Below, in pieces: positions 1 through 12,400 of a stretch of 64,000 nt of DNA. A program made the translations under genes and the position numbers. The stretch lies in NCBI GenBank assembly GCA_977018835.1, contig OZ361257.1:930001-994000 (forward strand), read 5' to 3'. Position 1 is the stretch's first letter, and each line of letters starts with the position of its first letter. The notes beneath the pieces are model-generated. The model saw nothing but the letters and a program-made list of their open reading frames with translations, was not told where the DNA came from and searched no databases. Origin of the DNA: Minutocellus sp. GHC0000111. Lineage: Eukaryota.

Positions 1-306
1 CCGACTGGCGGAGAAGCGGTTGCCCGGACTTGACCTGCCACCCCTGCCGCCGCCCCTGCCGCCGCCGGGACTGCGGCGTCCCCTGCCGCCCCCTCCTCCT
101 CGACCGTGACGATTGTAGGGAGAATGGGAGTGATGACGACGACCTCTTCCGCCGCCTCCTCCTCGGCCTCGCCCGCCATGACGGTATCCGCCGCCTCCTC
201 CGTAGCTGGAGCGGTCTCGGTCTCGGTCTCCTCCAGACGAAGAAGGGCCATAATATCCGCCCCCACGCTCGCTGCGATCTCTCGACGAACTCAAAGCTCC
301 GTCCAT
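1..306 (-). CDS. 5' part of a gene with an RGG/Gly-Arg-rich N-terminus (runs off the window)
   Basis: ATG at 306 (MDGALSSSRDRSER). After a 1-nt indel in the G-run at ~260 it reads GGYYGPSSSGGDRDRDRSSYGGGGGYRHGGRGRGGGGGRGRR...GNRFSASR, open to the window edge. Confidence 0.5.
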   Translation of the reverse strand, partial: MDGALSSSRDRSERGGGYYGPSSSGGDRDRDRSSYGGGGGYRHGGRGRGGGGGRGRRHHSHSPYNRHGRGGGGGRGRRSPGGGRGGGRGGRSSPGNRFSASR

Positions 307-641
307 CTTGCTTACAGTAGTAGTAGAAGCAACAGCAGCAGAAGAGTCGTCAGCAAGCAGGCAATACAAAACAATCGGCCCTTGCCGCAATGCCTTGAAA
401 TCTTGGAAAATGAAATGACTGTTGACGGCCAGACTATGGCCTGTTCGTCGTCCGTCCCGCCGATACTAGTATCGCCGAAAGCTGCTGCTGCTGCTGCCGC
501 TCCTTCATTTCATTTTCTGCAATTCATCGCATCAGGCAATCAGGCAGCAGTCTACTAGTACGTCTGCTGACTGAAGGAAGTTGCCGTTCAGAGGCGTCTG
601 CCTTTGCGCATTACGGTAAGTATCGTTGTATCCCGCTGAAA

Positions 642-1328
642 ATGGCACATCATCTTCACCAGGCCATTAGGTCTTCATGTGGTTGGCGTCCCCTCCGCTC
701 CGTCCTGACGCTCCTCGTGGTCCTTCTTTCATTATGCCCCGCCACTCCCACCGCCGCGGCCATTGAATTGGACGAATCCTCTCTATCGAATGAATATTTC
801 TTTGCTTGCAGTGGAGGCAAGACGGATACTATCCGAAAACTCCTCGACAAGCACGGGAAGGATCTGGCCAACGCAAAGACCAAGGAGGGGGAAACTTGCC
901 TTCACCTTTGTTCCATCGACACGACCGGTCAAGCAGTACATATTGCCAGGGCACTTCTCGAGGCCGGTGCCGATCCCAACGTTCGAACGACGTTTGAGCA
1001 GGGACAGCGGATGACCCCACTTAGTTGGCACACTTATGCTGGCAACTACGACATCATCAAACTTCTGTTGGACGCTGGGGCCGACATCAATACGGACTTT
1101 GATTTGCACCCTCCTAGCGCACCTGTGCAAACCATTGTAACTGCCTTGGACATTGCCGAAAAGCTGAGCGGGGTGGAGGACATGGCCGACAGCGTGGAAA
1201 AGGAGGAGAAAGATAAGAACAGCAATGGCGAAGAAAACGATCCCAGAGATCGGTTCAAGTTGACGTACGACTTGTTGAAAACAAGAGGAGGGAAGAAGTG
1301 GGAGGATATTGAACAACAAGAGTTATAA
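642..1328 (+). CDS. Ankyrin-repeat protein with signal peptide, possibly ER-lumenal
   Basis: Hydrophobic leader (LTLLVVLLSLCPA), ankyrin motifs GETCLHL..LLEAGADPN and TPLSW..LLDAGADIN, C-terminal QQEL resembling a KDEL-type signal. Confidence 0.8.
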   Translation: MAHHLHQAIRSSCGWRPLRSVLTLLVVLLSLCPATPTAAAIELDESSLSNEYFFACSGGKTDTIRKLLDKHGKDLANAKTKEGETCLHLCSIDTTGQAVHIARALLEAGADPNVRTTFEQGQRMTPLSWHTYAGNYDIIKLLLDAGADINTDFDLHPPSAPVQTIVTALDIAEKLSGVEDMADSVEKEEKDKNSNGEENDPRDRFKLTYDLLKTRGGKKWEDIEQQEL

Positions 1329-1498
1329 AGCGAGGATATTTGATTTGACTTTGCGTTGTGCGGGTCGGTCAAATGTCAATCAATTTCTACATGTAAGCTA
1401 ACGTCTTATTTCCCTCTGCCCTTGCTCTGTCTCTTCCCTCTCGCATCTTTCTCCTAGAGTTGGATTTATAATAATAATAATTAACGGAACGAAACATT

Positions 1499-2738
1499 AT
1501 GGATAGAGACAGCTCGGTCGCCGATGCCCAGAGCAGACTCAGCTGTGTCGCCGTCCTCGATCCCAAGAAGATGGGCGGCGCGCCAGCCTGGCAATGTTCC
1601 TGGTCCAAGGATGGTCGATTGATCGCATCGTGCCATGGAGCTCCAGACTGCTGCATTCGGATATGGAAGCACCAGCAAAATGAAGAGATGAGCGATGCGG
1701 ATCAAGGGAACCACAGCAACACCGCTGCCCCCAAGTGGGTACTGGCGGCCACCTTGTCTGATGTACACACACGGACAGTCCGTTCCGTTGCCTTTTCACC
1801 CTGCGGTAAGACACCAGTGTTGGCTTCAGCTTCCTTCGATGGCACTGTCTGTATTTGGGAACACTTTGGTGACAATACTAGTAGCGGGGAAGATCCGGCG
1901 CAACAAGCCGCCGGAGGCTGGGAATGTACAGCACAGCTGGAAGGACACGAAAATGAGGTCAAATGCGTCACTTGGAACGATAGTGGGACTCTCCTTGCAA
2001 CCTGCGGCCGAGATAAGAGCGTTTGGGTGTGGGAGAGCTTCCTCCCCGGTACAGTTGGCGGGGCCGACTACGACCCCGATACTGGAGGCGGCGACGGAGA
2101 TGGAGAATTCGAGTGCATTGCAGTTTTGCATGGCCACGAAGGGGACATCAAGTGCTGCGAATTCGCTCCTAGTCATGGTCAGTGGGGAGATGGGGATGAA
2201 ATTCTCCTGACAGGATCTTACGATGATACTGTGAAGGTTTGGGCCGAAGACGCCGGGGATTGGTACTGTGCTGCAACCCTCAAGGCACACGCTTCGACAG
2301 TGTGGTCCGTCGCCGCAGCACCGGGAGGGGTAAGGATCGTTTCCGGTTCTGCAGATTGTAGTCTAGCAATATGGAAACTGTACACTGCCGCAGAGAAAAA
2401 AACAACTCTTCCCTGACGCCGAGGGTAGCAAGAGCAATGGGCACTTTCAGTGCGTCGGTCAGCTCCCTTCAGCGCATGAGCTTGCCATATATTCGGTGCA
2501 CTGTGCTCCGAGTCGGGCAGGTCACGGCCGAATCGCGTCCAGTGGTGCCGACGATAGCATCAATATTTACCGAGAGGTGGGAGGAACATCGGATGCACCC
2601 TTGTTCGCTCTGGATATTTCAGCCGAGGGAGCTCACCAGGGCGATGTAAACTGCGTTCGATGGCATCCTAAGGATGGATCAACCCTGGCTTCAACAGGAG
2701 ACGATGGAACTGTGCGCATCTGGAGATTCTCAGTTTGA
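1499..2738 (+). CDS. CIA1: Cytosolic Fe-S assembly WD40 protein CIA1/CIAO1 (1-nt frameshift at ~2396-2402)
   Basis: HTRTVRSVAFSP, LASASFDG, LEGHENEVKCVTWN, LATCGRDKSVWVWE, AHQGDVNCVRWHP. Removing one A from the A7 run joins ORFs 1499-2416 and 2496-2738. Confidence 0.9.
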
Positions 2739-2866
2739 ATACAATAGTTAGGAATTCCTACTCCTATTGAATGAATGATGCATATAATGATAGTTTACAT
2801 TGCTAAGATTTCACAGTTTCGTCGATGTGCAATAATTTATTCTTGCGAGTACGATCGGTTTCCCAA

Positions 2867-4330
2867 TCAGTTGGCGGCACCAGTAGCAGTACATGTAGTA
2901 GTAGTAGTAGAAGTGGGGGCGGCTTCCGATGCAGAGCACATCATCGAATCTCTGTACTCAAATACAGGCAATGCCTTGGTGCAATTATTTTGAGAAGAAG
3001 CAGTGGAAGCTGAATGATCTTGTGATGAGACTACTTCCTTCGCTGGAGAGGTGTAGTTGTTCCTCGAAGCAAGAGCGGCACCAAAGTCTGTAATGAAGAA
3101 TTCGTCATTCTTTTCTTCATCGTTGATGCCGGTGTTGGACAAGACTCTCTCCTGCTCGCCAAGCGATGAGCTCACCGATGCCATCTTCTTTCTATTGGGA
3201 CAGTCTTGTCGATTTCGTCAACGATGATGCTTGGGTCATGGTGGAGCCTGGCAACAAACTTGTGTGTGAGATAAGTGGCTTCATGCGCTACAGGAGATTC
3301 CCACGCGTCAACGTAGTCGGGCTGAGCCGATGGGTTGACTCCAAGATGGAAACTGAACCGCTCTCCGATGGAACAAGCATTGATCGCAGCAGCGGTAGCA
3401 CTCGCAGTGCTTCGAGTGTTGGAATTGACTGCGGTGGGATCGACCCCAGCGTAGAAGACATCAACCGGACAATGCATCCGATTGGTGAACATGACAAACA
3501 GTGCATTGCATCGGCGGTTGTAATCGAACGGCACCCGATCAAAGCCTTCCGTTGGCTTCGAGTCAATGATTGCTCGTGCTGGACAGGAAAGATTTGGCCC
3601 TCCGAATTTATTTCGGACAGGGATGGGCCCAGCCCTGTGGCGGACAAGGATCCGGCCCGGAGCCAACTGACCACCTCCGACGTCGATCAATTCACGAACG
3701 TGAAATGTGTGCCCGAGGAACACCAAAAGACTGTTCCATTCTCCTGGTTGAAGGATTGCCCGCGGGTCGTGATGTGCTGGCGAAATGTCGGAGTCGAATG
3801 CCCACACCTCTGAATTGACTCCCTTGATGTTGCGCACCCACGACACCACGACGGGAGTCGATGCGCTGTTGGTAAAGATCCAGCTCGACGGTGGACCGAG
3901 TGAAGGGCCTTCGGGATTGCTGGGGTCATCACTCGGCGTCTCAAATCCTTCATCGGGACAGCACGACGTCTTTTGGTCTTTGAGCTGGCGGGCCGCACCA
4001 CTCTGAACTGAGGAATGAATGCGACGGACGATGGTGTCAATTCGTTTGGGATCGTTGGCGGCGGCTCGGTTGCAGACTGTTTAGTAATGTGATCAATGAG
4101 CGAATGGGATTGATTGATTTGAGGTGAACAACAAGCGAAGAAAAGTCACACAAGGAGCAAAGCGTGCACACAATAAAAACTATGGCTCGACACTCACCTT
4201 CATCCACATGCTCACGAGGTACGCCAGTCTTGTCCCACCCCGCATGGCACGTGACGCCTTCGTCGCCTTCTGCGTGGGCAGCAGAAACGGCGACGATCAG
4301 AACCACCTGTAGCAGGAGGAAAAGTAGCAT
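2867..4330 (-). CDS. Secreted protein with two VHL-beta-like domains; intron 4077-4197; apparent frameshift ~3210
   Basis: Signal peptide MLLFLLLQVVLIVAVSAAHA. The GTGAGT..CAG intron joins in frame to WIFTNSASTPVVVSWV..GHTFHVR and FTNRMHCPVDVFY..THKFVAR. The tail continues as DCPNRKKMAS in another frame. Confidence 0.6.
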
Positions 4331-4621
4331 CGACGTTTTATTAGAATGTTGCAGGGAACATTGGAACATGGTTGTGTTTCAGCACAAATAAGCGAAAGCA
4401 GAGCTGTACATGTAACAGCGGCCGGCGCTACTCTAAAATAAGAAAAGAAGAACCGCCGGGCCCCGCCGATCGGCCTGAGATCGAGAATGAGCGAGCAGGG
4501 GCAGGGGCGCAGGGGCGGCCATGTATCAAGAAGATACATGTCAGCTGACTGGAGGCTACGGAATGACGCAAAACGAAAAGGCCTGTCCAGAGTCCTCGGC
4601 GTAAAGGAGCGCGGCCACCGC

Positions 4622-6182
4622 CGCTGTTGTGACCAATCTACCCGGAAAAAAAATCTGCCCTGATTTTTCGCCCCATCTGCCCTGATTTTCCCCCTTGTTC
4701 AAATCTGCGCAGATTTTCCCCCCATCTGCCGGGAACATTTCCGTGCAGATTGTGCTCGTAACCAATCTACCCGGAAAAATAAAATCTGCCCTGGTTTCTG
4801 CCCTTACGAGGTATGTGTTACATAGAACTCTTAGTTAAATATAAACTCATGAAGGGCATTAATGACATGCACCGCTGATTGTGCCCAACGGATTGGCGAT
4901 GTCGCCGATTTTTTGCCTGCGATCCATTGTCGAAGGACGCAGCCAAACATGCAGCGTTTCGCTTTAGCTCAAGCGCCAGAGTGCACGCCGTGAGGGCAGG
5001 CCTTCAGAGCCAACACCGCACGCCTGCATTAGTGCTCGAGGTAGCGAGTTGCCGCCGACGCCACCAATTGTTGGCGTAATCGACTGGGAAGTGGCTCCCC
5101 AATTTTTCCCGGAAGACGCAGGAAGAGTCAGAGCATGAGTAAGTTAAGATGGATGAAGTGGACAAACAAAAAATCTCATGCAACTGTGAGTACACTTACA
5201 TCATGGTAGGAGCGACGATGTACACACACATTGCGGCAGCGACGACACCCGATGCAAGGGAGGGATCGTCGAGGATGGGATCGGCATCAAACGGCAGACG
5301 AACTGTGGTCGATGAGGCGATGATATCTTGTACTGGGTCAGAAACTTCTACTTCTGGTAGCGCACTTACGGACCCAACACGTGATGCATTCGATTGTGCA
5401 CTTCGCGACATAGATACGATATCTGCACTTGCCACCGATCGACGACTTCGAACCATAATTCCATCCTGACGTACAGACAAAGGCGCATGAAGAGTTCGGT
5501 GCACGTACATGAAAGTCAGATGTAGTTCATGTACGTAAACAAAAAGACACAGATAAAAACTCATGCAAGAGACACATGAACCTACACTTTGATGCCACAA
5601 CTGACTGACTACGACAGTATACGGAAGGACATATGTGCAAACCATCGCCCAAAAAATCATGATAAGCTTGAAGATCCGACCAGATGAAGGGACACGTGAC
5701 GCATCGGCATGGCAAGCCACAACATCTGAATGCACGGCACGTCGTTCGGTAGAGACGATGTGGCTAGCGCCGACTAGCACGGGTACGGCGGTCATGAAAC
5801 ACAGAAACGAATACATAGCTAATCGGAATGCATGCGCCGTCAAATGGCATAAACTGAGACCAAGAATGAGGAGCAGCAAACCGGCGGTCGGATGCAGACG
5901 ACGGAAGACGTCGGATAAATCAGGCAAGACCCTCATTGAGGACAAGATGCGGACGCAAAGCAACAATATGTACTACGGCATGAGCACAAATAAGCGAAGG
6001 TCGCGAGATGCAAGCGTCAATGGAGGCGATACCGTGGAGATACACGCCCGCGCAATCTACCCTGATCGTCGGGGCAGATTGTCACCTGATTCTGAAAACC
6101 AGGGCAGATGCTTTATGCGCAATCTGCAGGTGGTCCCGTTTTCCGGGTAGATTGCGCACGTGGCAGATTGGTCACAACACCG
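4622..6182. mobile_element. Putative non-autonomous TIR DNA element (hAT-like ends)
   Basis: Inverted termini CGCTGTTGTGACCAATCT (4622) and AGATTGGTCACAACACCG (to 6182). Subterminal CAATCTACCCGGAAAA and ATCTGCCCTG(G/A)TTT motifs occur at both ends in opposite orientation. No transposase and no clean TSD. Confidence 0.6.
5196..5966 (-). CDS. Hypothetical hydrophobic ORF inside the TIR element (may be non-coding)
   Basis: 256-aa ORF with several hydrophobic stretches and no recognisable motif. Confidence 0.2.
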   Translation of the reverse strand: MLLCVRILSSMRVLPDLSDVFRRLHPTAGLLLLILGLSLCHLTAHAFRLAMYSFLCFMTAVPVLVGASHIVSTERRAVHSDVVACHADASRVPSSGRIFKLIMIFWAMVCTYVLPYTVVVSQLWHQSVGSCVSCMSFYLCLFVYVHELHLTFMYVHRTLHAPLSVRQDGIMVRSRRSVASADIVSMSRSAQSNASRVGSVSALPEVEVSDPVQDIIASSTTVRLPFDADPILDDPSLASGVVAAAMCVYIVAPTMM

Positions 6183-6423
6183 CCGCGCCGCAGAGCAATG
6201 CCGATGTGGCGAGTCTCAGATGAGGTCAATGGACAGGGACCGCTCTTGCCCTTGCATACACCTTCTCGTCGCGATAGGATTTCGTCTATCCCCCAAACTC
6301 TCATGCTATTGCTGCTCTAAGAGCATCTCCAAACATTTCAGTTGTACCCGGGCTCGCAAGAAAGGATAGCTGGCGCGCGCATCATTGCGGCCAACCGCCC
6401 GGCCAACCCAACGGACCGAAATA

Positions 6424-9400
6424 ATGACCAATGCTTTTCCTGCCGATTCTTCTGCCGATTCCGGTCCAGGAGCATCAGAAAGCATGACGTCTGACAATGT
6501 TCCGGTGGGAAATGGCGTGAATCATGGCGAGACTACTGTGGAGACGGCCGCTCTCAGCGCGAGCACATCTTGTGCCGCCTCGACAGACACTTCAGCATTG
6601 GCAGTTGGCGCGGCAGCTGCTGCGCCGGATGCGGTTGGTGTCGGTACCACTGCCGATGGTATTCGTCAGGGGATGAAATCAAATGCCGGAGGCAGTACGA
6701 CCAAGCCAAAGAAGGAGGATGCCGACCCGGTGGGCGATGCGCTGCTTCGGATACTCAACGACCCTCGGGAGAGCAACCCTTTCCGTTATTCGGGTAGTAC
6801 TAATACCGCCGTATTACTGGATCCCGTCAGGGCTTCTGATGATTCCACCGGTGCAGATGAAACTAAATATGGAAAAGAGGAATTCCGTCCACTCCTCAGC
6901 TCTTATAATTTGCATCTCGTTTGGGATCTTTCGAGGCAATTTATTTCCTTTATTTCCATTTTGATTTGGGACGATGCTGTCGGCCACGGACAAAGAAACA
7001 ATAGGAGAGCGAGAACAAAGGCGGGGGATAGAAATACTCGTAGCTCTCGGCCTACCTTGCAGCAAACATTGCAATCTACAGCTGCTTTCCTCGTTGCATC
7101 GACCGTGGTTCTGACCGGCCCGACGACGGTGGTGATTCTTTTTTCGCTTAGGACCATGGTGCTGTTCCTGGTATTTTGTGCCAGCGTGTTGGTCGACTAC
7201 AAAGAGCTCGTCAAGGTTGTCAGGGAGATATCGCCTGACTGGCTCGTTGCCATCGTTGGAGCATTCGTTTCGGCCATAGGTGCCCTTGGAATTACTATTT
7301 GGCGCCTGGTCGATGATCACCTATTGCTTGGAAGAGAATTTTCTGGGAGAGATGGTGAGCCCCAGCCATTGAATGACGATCGGAGCAGCGAAACGCAAGA
7401 TCATCTGCACGCTCTTTCCTTCTGTTCGAGCATGGTATCCCAGGCGGAGGCAGCCCGCCTCAATGAGCGATCGAAGAGACTGAAGGAGGAGGAAAAGAAG
7501 AAACGAAGCAAAGCTCTCAAAAAGGCGAAAAAGAAGAGCAGCCTTCTAAAAACCACCGCAAGTGAAACCGCAAGCTTGGCTTCGAATACAAGCTCCACCG
7601 AACGTCGTATCAACGACAAACGGTTCGGGTTCAAAAAGAAGAAGAAGAAACAGCGATCGTCAACGGGAAATGTACAAATTGTGGATGGACAAATGCCCGA
7701 TGGTGATGAACTCCTGGAGCGTCTAATTGACGACGATGATCAGGAAGCACATTCGGACTGCCTTGAACGGATCCCTGCCGCCGAATCTATCGAAGTGATC
7801 TCAACTCCGCTCAGGAGTAGGAAGAGTGTCCCTCCGTCTTCGTATGACTTTATGTCCAACCCCGACCTCGAGGAACTCCTCTCAGCAGATGCAGACGAGC
7901 AGGATCGGGAGTGGTCCTCTGTTGATGGCTCTGACGATGATGATTATAATATGCTAAGTAGCGACGCAAGCGTAGGGAGTGACCTCGGAAGCGAAACTAG
8001 CGTGTCCTACGCAGGCGGAAGTAGCGTGGGTTCTTCATCCATTTCAACTGCGCCTATTCCACCAGCACTTGTGAATTCTACTATTTCACCGAGGCAATTG
8101 TCGAAAAAAGAGAGAGATGTCAATTGGTTCGATGTCGGTACCAAGGTGGGAATCAGATTACTCAATTCCGAGAAGGTTCAGAATCTCATGAAGGACCCGA
8201 ACAAGGCAGATTTGCCACTAGCAGATCAGGACCGTGTCGGCGTAGAATCGTCAAGCAGCCCCGATGAAATTGAATATGACAAGATCAGCAGTGTGACGCC
8301 TACAGATGTTACGAGGTCATCAATCGGTGAGCTCCTCGACCGGTCACTCCCACCACTTTCTGCAGCCGAACCGACGAGGCCGAAGCATGCCTTATGGTCG
8401 TCTCCTGATGCTGCTCTTTCTCGCAATACATCAGTAGCATCGTTTGGTAGTGTGGCCGAAAGTGAAGCTGATGCTGTGGACGTTCCACCAGATTCTGAGA
8501 GTATCGTCAATGACTGTGCCATTGGCATTGACACTGACGATAGGCTTACAGCATCGACATTGGCTTTTGATACTTCCACGGCAAGTGGTATGATCCAGGT
8601 CCCACGCAGTTCTCATATTTCCCCTTCAGTCACTCTGGCAGCAGGCGTGCAGAAAAGAGAACTTGGAGTAGACCAAATATCTCTTAGCAGCTCTGCAATC
8701 TTTCGAAAGAGTCTTCAATCCGTGCGCAAGAAAACAAATGATACTACCAAGTCAAAACGGTCCCCTCCTTCTCGTCGTGATCCACTCTCACCAGGCGTAA
8801 AGATGCTGGTTCCTATGTTTCCGCTCGAACCTCAGACACGATCCTCACAGCGCTATTCCAAGACTTCTCACTATCAAATGGCTACCGTTATTGCAAGTGA
8901 ACGGGTTTATGTAGGCGAATCAGCGGTCACACTTACAACAAGTCCGACAAAAGACAGCGTGGAAACCGTGAAAGCAGAGATCCATGCCGCAGGTAATACC
9001 AATTGTCTTTCCATTTCTTGCATCATCGATGGATCCTTTCTACGCAATGGGAAATTTGCTACAATGAATTTGCGAGTGATGGACGAATGGAGGGGAGAGA
9101 AATATATGCCCAGACATTCGAAGTATCCTATTGGCTCATGTGTCGCGACGTTGTTCGGTGTTGGAGTTCTGGTAGGTTGGCGCGTTGAGGATGACATGCA
9201 CGTCGTCCAATCTCTTTGGCAAAAACGAGGAGCTGGATCAGCTGTCGCTTATTTGAATAGGAATGCACTGAAAGGTCTTGCACCCGGTGGTGTGGGATAT
9301 AAGGTATCGACGACATCCGGGAAGGGTCAGGTTGTTGCTTACACCAACTGCGATCGTGACTTTTTGAGCGGAACATTTGCTGTCAAGTTAAAGCCCAAAG

Positions 9401-12400
9401 ATCGCTATGCATCGCAAACACTGAAATTCTCTCCCGACGAAATTCTTTCTTGCAAATCCGCTCAGTTCATGCCCATAATTGAAATTATCAAGTCGTCGGC
9501 GCAGTTCCAGATTCAGATTGAACTGTATGAATTAGCCGTCCGACAGCGGCATCATCTTGAATATACCGATGCCCACCTACTAGGTGATGGGCAGGATGCA
9601 TTTTGGAATGTCTTTGAGAATGGAGTTGAAATGGCAATGTCTTGCGTCATGAAGGCTGTTAGTGAAGACCAGGAATTCGATGAGGGGATCAATGAATTCC
9701 TCGGAGGTGTAATTACTTTCCTGGAGGAGCTTGACTTTGGCACGGACAAACACAAGCTGCTATCTTCACCAAGAAAAGGAAGAGAGATCGATCTTGACAA
9801 TGATGCGAATAGTGCCATCTTTGCTACATCAACAGAGCCGATTACTCCAATCGAGCAAGATATTGTTAGCGAAGTGGAGTCGGATATTGTGGGCAGCGAT
9901 GTAGCTTCACCATTTTGGGACATGTTCGGAGGGCTCTTTCAAAAGAAAGGCGAAGATGAACCTTCCATTGTCCGAACGGATAGTATGATTTCATCTTCAT
10001 CGACGACATTCAGTGCAGTGGAATCTGAGTCGATTGCGATAGAAAAGCGCACAAGCAAAACTTATCGCAAAATATACGCTTTCCTCAAGACCGCAATGAG
10101 ATCGGTGGCAATTGCTCGCACATATGTCGCAGACCAACCAAACCTTCAGATTGCTTTGTCGGTTGTCTATGAGTTTCTCCTCTTCATCCGAACAATCATC
10201 AAAGTACAACAGGCCAATTCATCTATTGACAGTATTCAAGCATGGAAGACTACCTATAAGGACTTTTCATCTATTTTCGGGCCCATGAAACAGCGTTTGG
10301 GTCAACTTGGTTCCAAGATTGCAAAACGTCTCGAACGACATGGAAAGAAGGCCAAGATTCGCCTTCTTCGCTTCATAGATATAATTCTTGCGGATGAACA
10401 GTTTTTGCAGGGTCTAGAGCTATTGGAGTGGGCCCAATGCCTCGATAGGATCGAGCATGCTGTTGTCAAGGCAAAGGTCGTGGACTCAGAGACGTGCAGC
10501 CAGTACCACAAGGCAGGCATCTTGCTGTACGAAACGCTTGCCCCAAGGGCTCAAAGCCAAGGTGATGCCGCACAGCGAAACGAGGAAAAATTGGCATATT
10601 TTGCCCGCTTACTCAAACTCGTGGCATCCCCTCATAGGTCCCTGTTGAAGATACTTATGCGGGACGATACATTGGAACTAATCGAACGACTGTTTGTAAG
10701 AGTCTTTCAAAAGGACCAAGAGGCGGCGCTAATGTTGAGTATCTATGCTTCGAATGCCAAGTCATTACGGCATCTTCGAATGCTCAAGAATATGCCCGTG
10801 AGTGGCAAACTCTGGGGACCTCTGCTGGATGCGACGGTGGAAGAATTTTGCATCATTGTGGATTCCATGCCGAAGGAATCCCGAACTTTTGTCGAGCCCA
10901 TGAGTAGATTGTTTACCCTTGGCGTCGCTAACTTTCATAAGATTCGAAAGGGAGATGTAACAGCGGGGATGTCTTCCCATTGGTTGGACTTTTTGGCCAG
11001 CGAGGATGCCGTGGAGATTATTCAAGAACTTGGCTTGAAGCTCCGCGACAGTCTCGATAGGTTTTACAGAGATGTCAAAACTGTGATGGAGTTTCTGCCC
11101 TACTACTCGACGATTGATGAGGATATCCTCCAGCTCATTGACGACCTATCAATCAAGCGATTTCTCAAGGAAGCAGCGGATGCTTTGTTGGACGCAGATC
11201 GTTTCCCTATCTTTCTCAAGGAGAAGCTTACCTTCGCCATATCGAGATTTTTAGACTACCTACCAAAAATGAGCATTCCGATTGAGCGGAGGGAAATCGG
11301 TGAGGGATGGGTCCTGACGTGCCGAGACATGGATGGCCAAGACCTGCGCCTTTCCGACGTCCAAGTCAACCAAGAAAATTTGGTGTGCGAAGTGTTGGGT
11401 GGCGATAATATCCTGTCACCAATGTTTGAGCTTAAGAAACGAAAGAGGGATGCAGCAGCAGGTGGATCGACCGAGACTGCTCCCAACGAGATATCCTCTC
11501 CTGTACATAGTGCCGGTGAGGGAGGAGCGGCGGAGGACGGGGATGATGTAAGTACCAATGACGGAGAGAGCGATGAAGAAGATGAGGAAGAGCGTGTGTC
11601 TGTGCTGAATGATATAGCTGACCTCATCCGAAATGCCCAGCTGCATGGATGTTGGGAAGCAGGGAGAGGAGGGGTCAAGGACAGAAAGCAGTGCATTGAC
11701 CCAGCCCTCAGAGGACTCCCTGTATCTGAAGTGCTGCAGTGTGGAATAGAGCTATGGCAGAACCTCGAGATGGATGACGACGAGCTCATGCAGCTCGCCA
11801 TTCGAGACGTTAGCTATCAAATCAAGCTTCAGGATGAATTGGACAAGAATAAAGATGTTGCTACGCGGGAAATGAGAGATGAAGCGAATGTCATGAGCTC
11901 TTCTTTCATTCAGGAGAGCCCCAGTGATGTGTCGACCTCCTTTGGTAATGGCGCCGAGGTTGACGAGAAGGCGGCTTGGAGGTATAATCCAAGGAAAGAC
12001 CCTACTCTGCTGTACATTGAGCTCCTCAACATGACTTTTGCATTGAACGACTTTTTGTTTCGCGTGGAGCCTGCCGAACGGTCAACAATATTCGATCCAG
12101 TCTTCGAGGGATACGGCAGCCTGATGATCAAGAATGTGTCCATCAAGCTTCGACTAGAGTGCCGAAAGGAACGCATTCAGAAGCTTGATACTGAGGTATT
12201 TGTCCCCGCCTTGCAAGTGGAAACTCTCGAAGTCGCCCTGGAGAAGGTCAAATTTAAGTTTAAGAGTACTGGGGCAGGTAAGTACATTCTCTCTCTCTCT
12301 CTCTCGACGTCTTGATTGTAGAATATTTGTCGACTCTTACCATGACGCAAGTCCTCTCAACTATCTCTTTTTGTTCGCTCTTCGCTATGACTTACAGTTA

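Noticed and set aside
3166..3813. 215-aa plus-strand ORF
   Set aside because: Antisense shadow of the spliced minus-strand gene, which has a signal peptide and repeated domain motifs.
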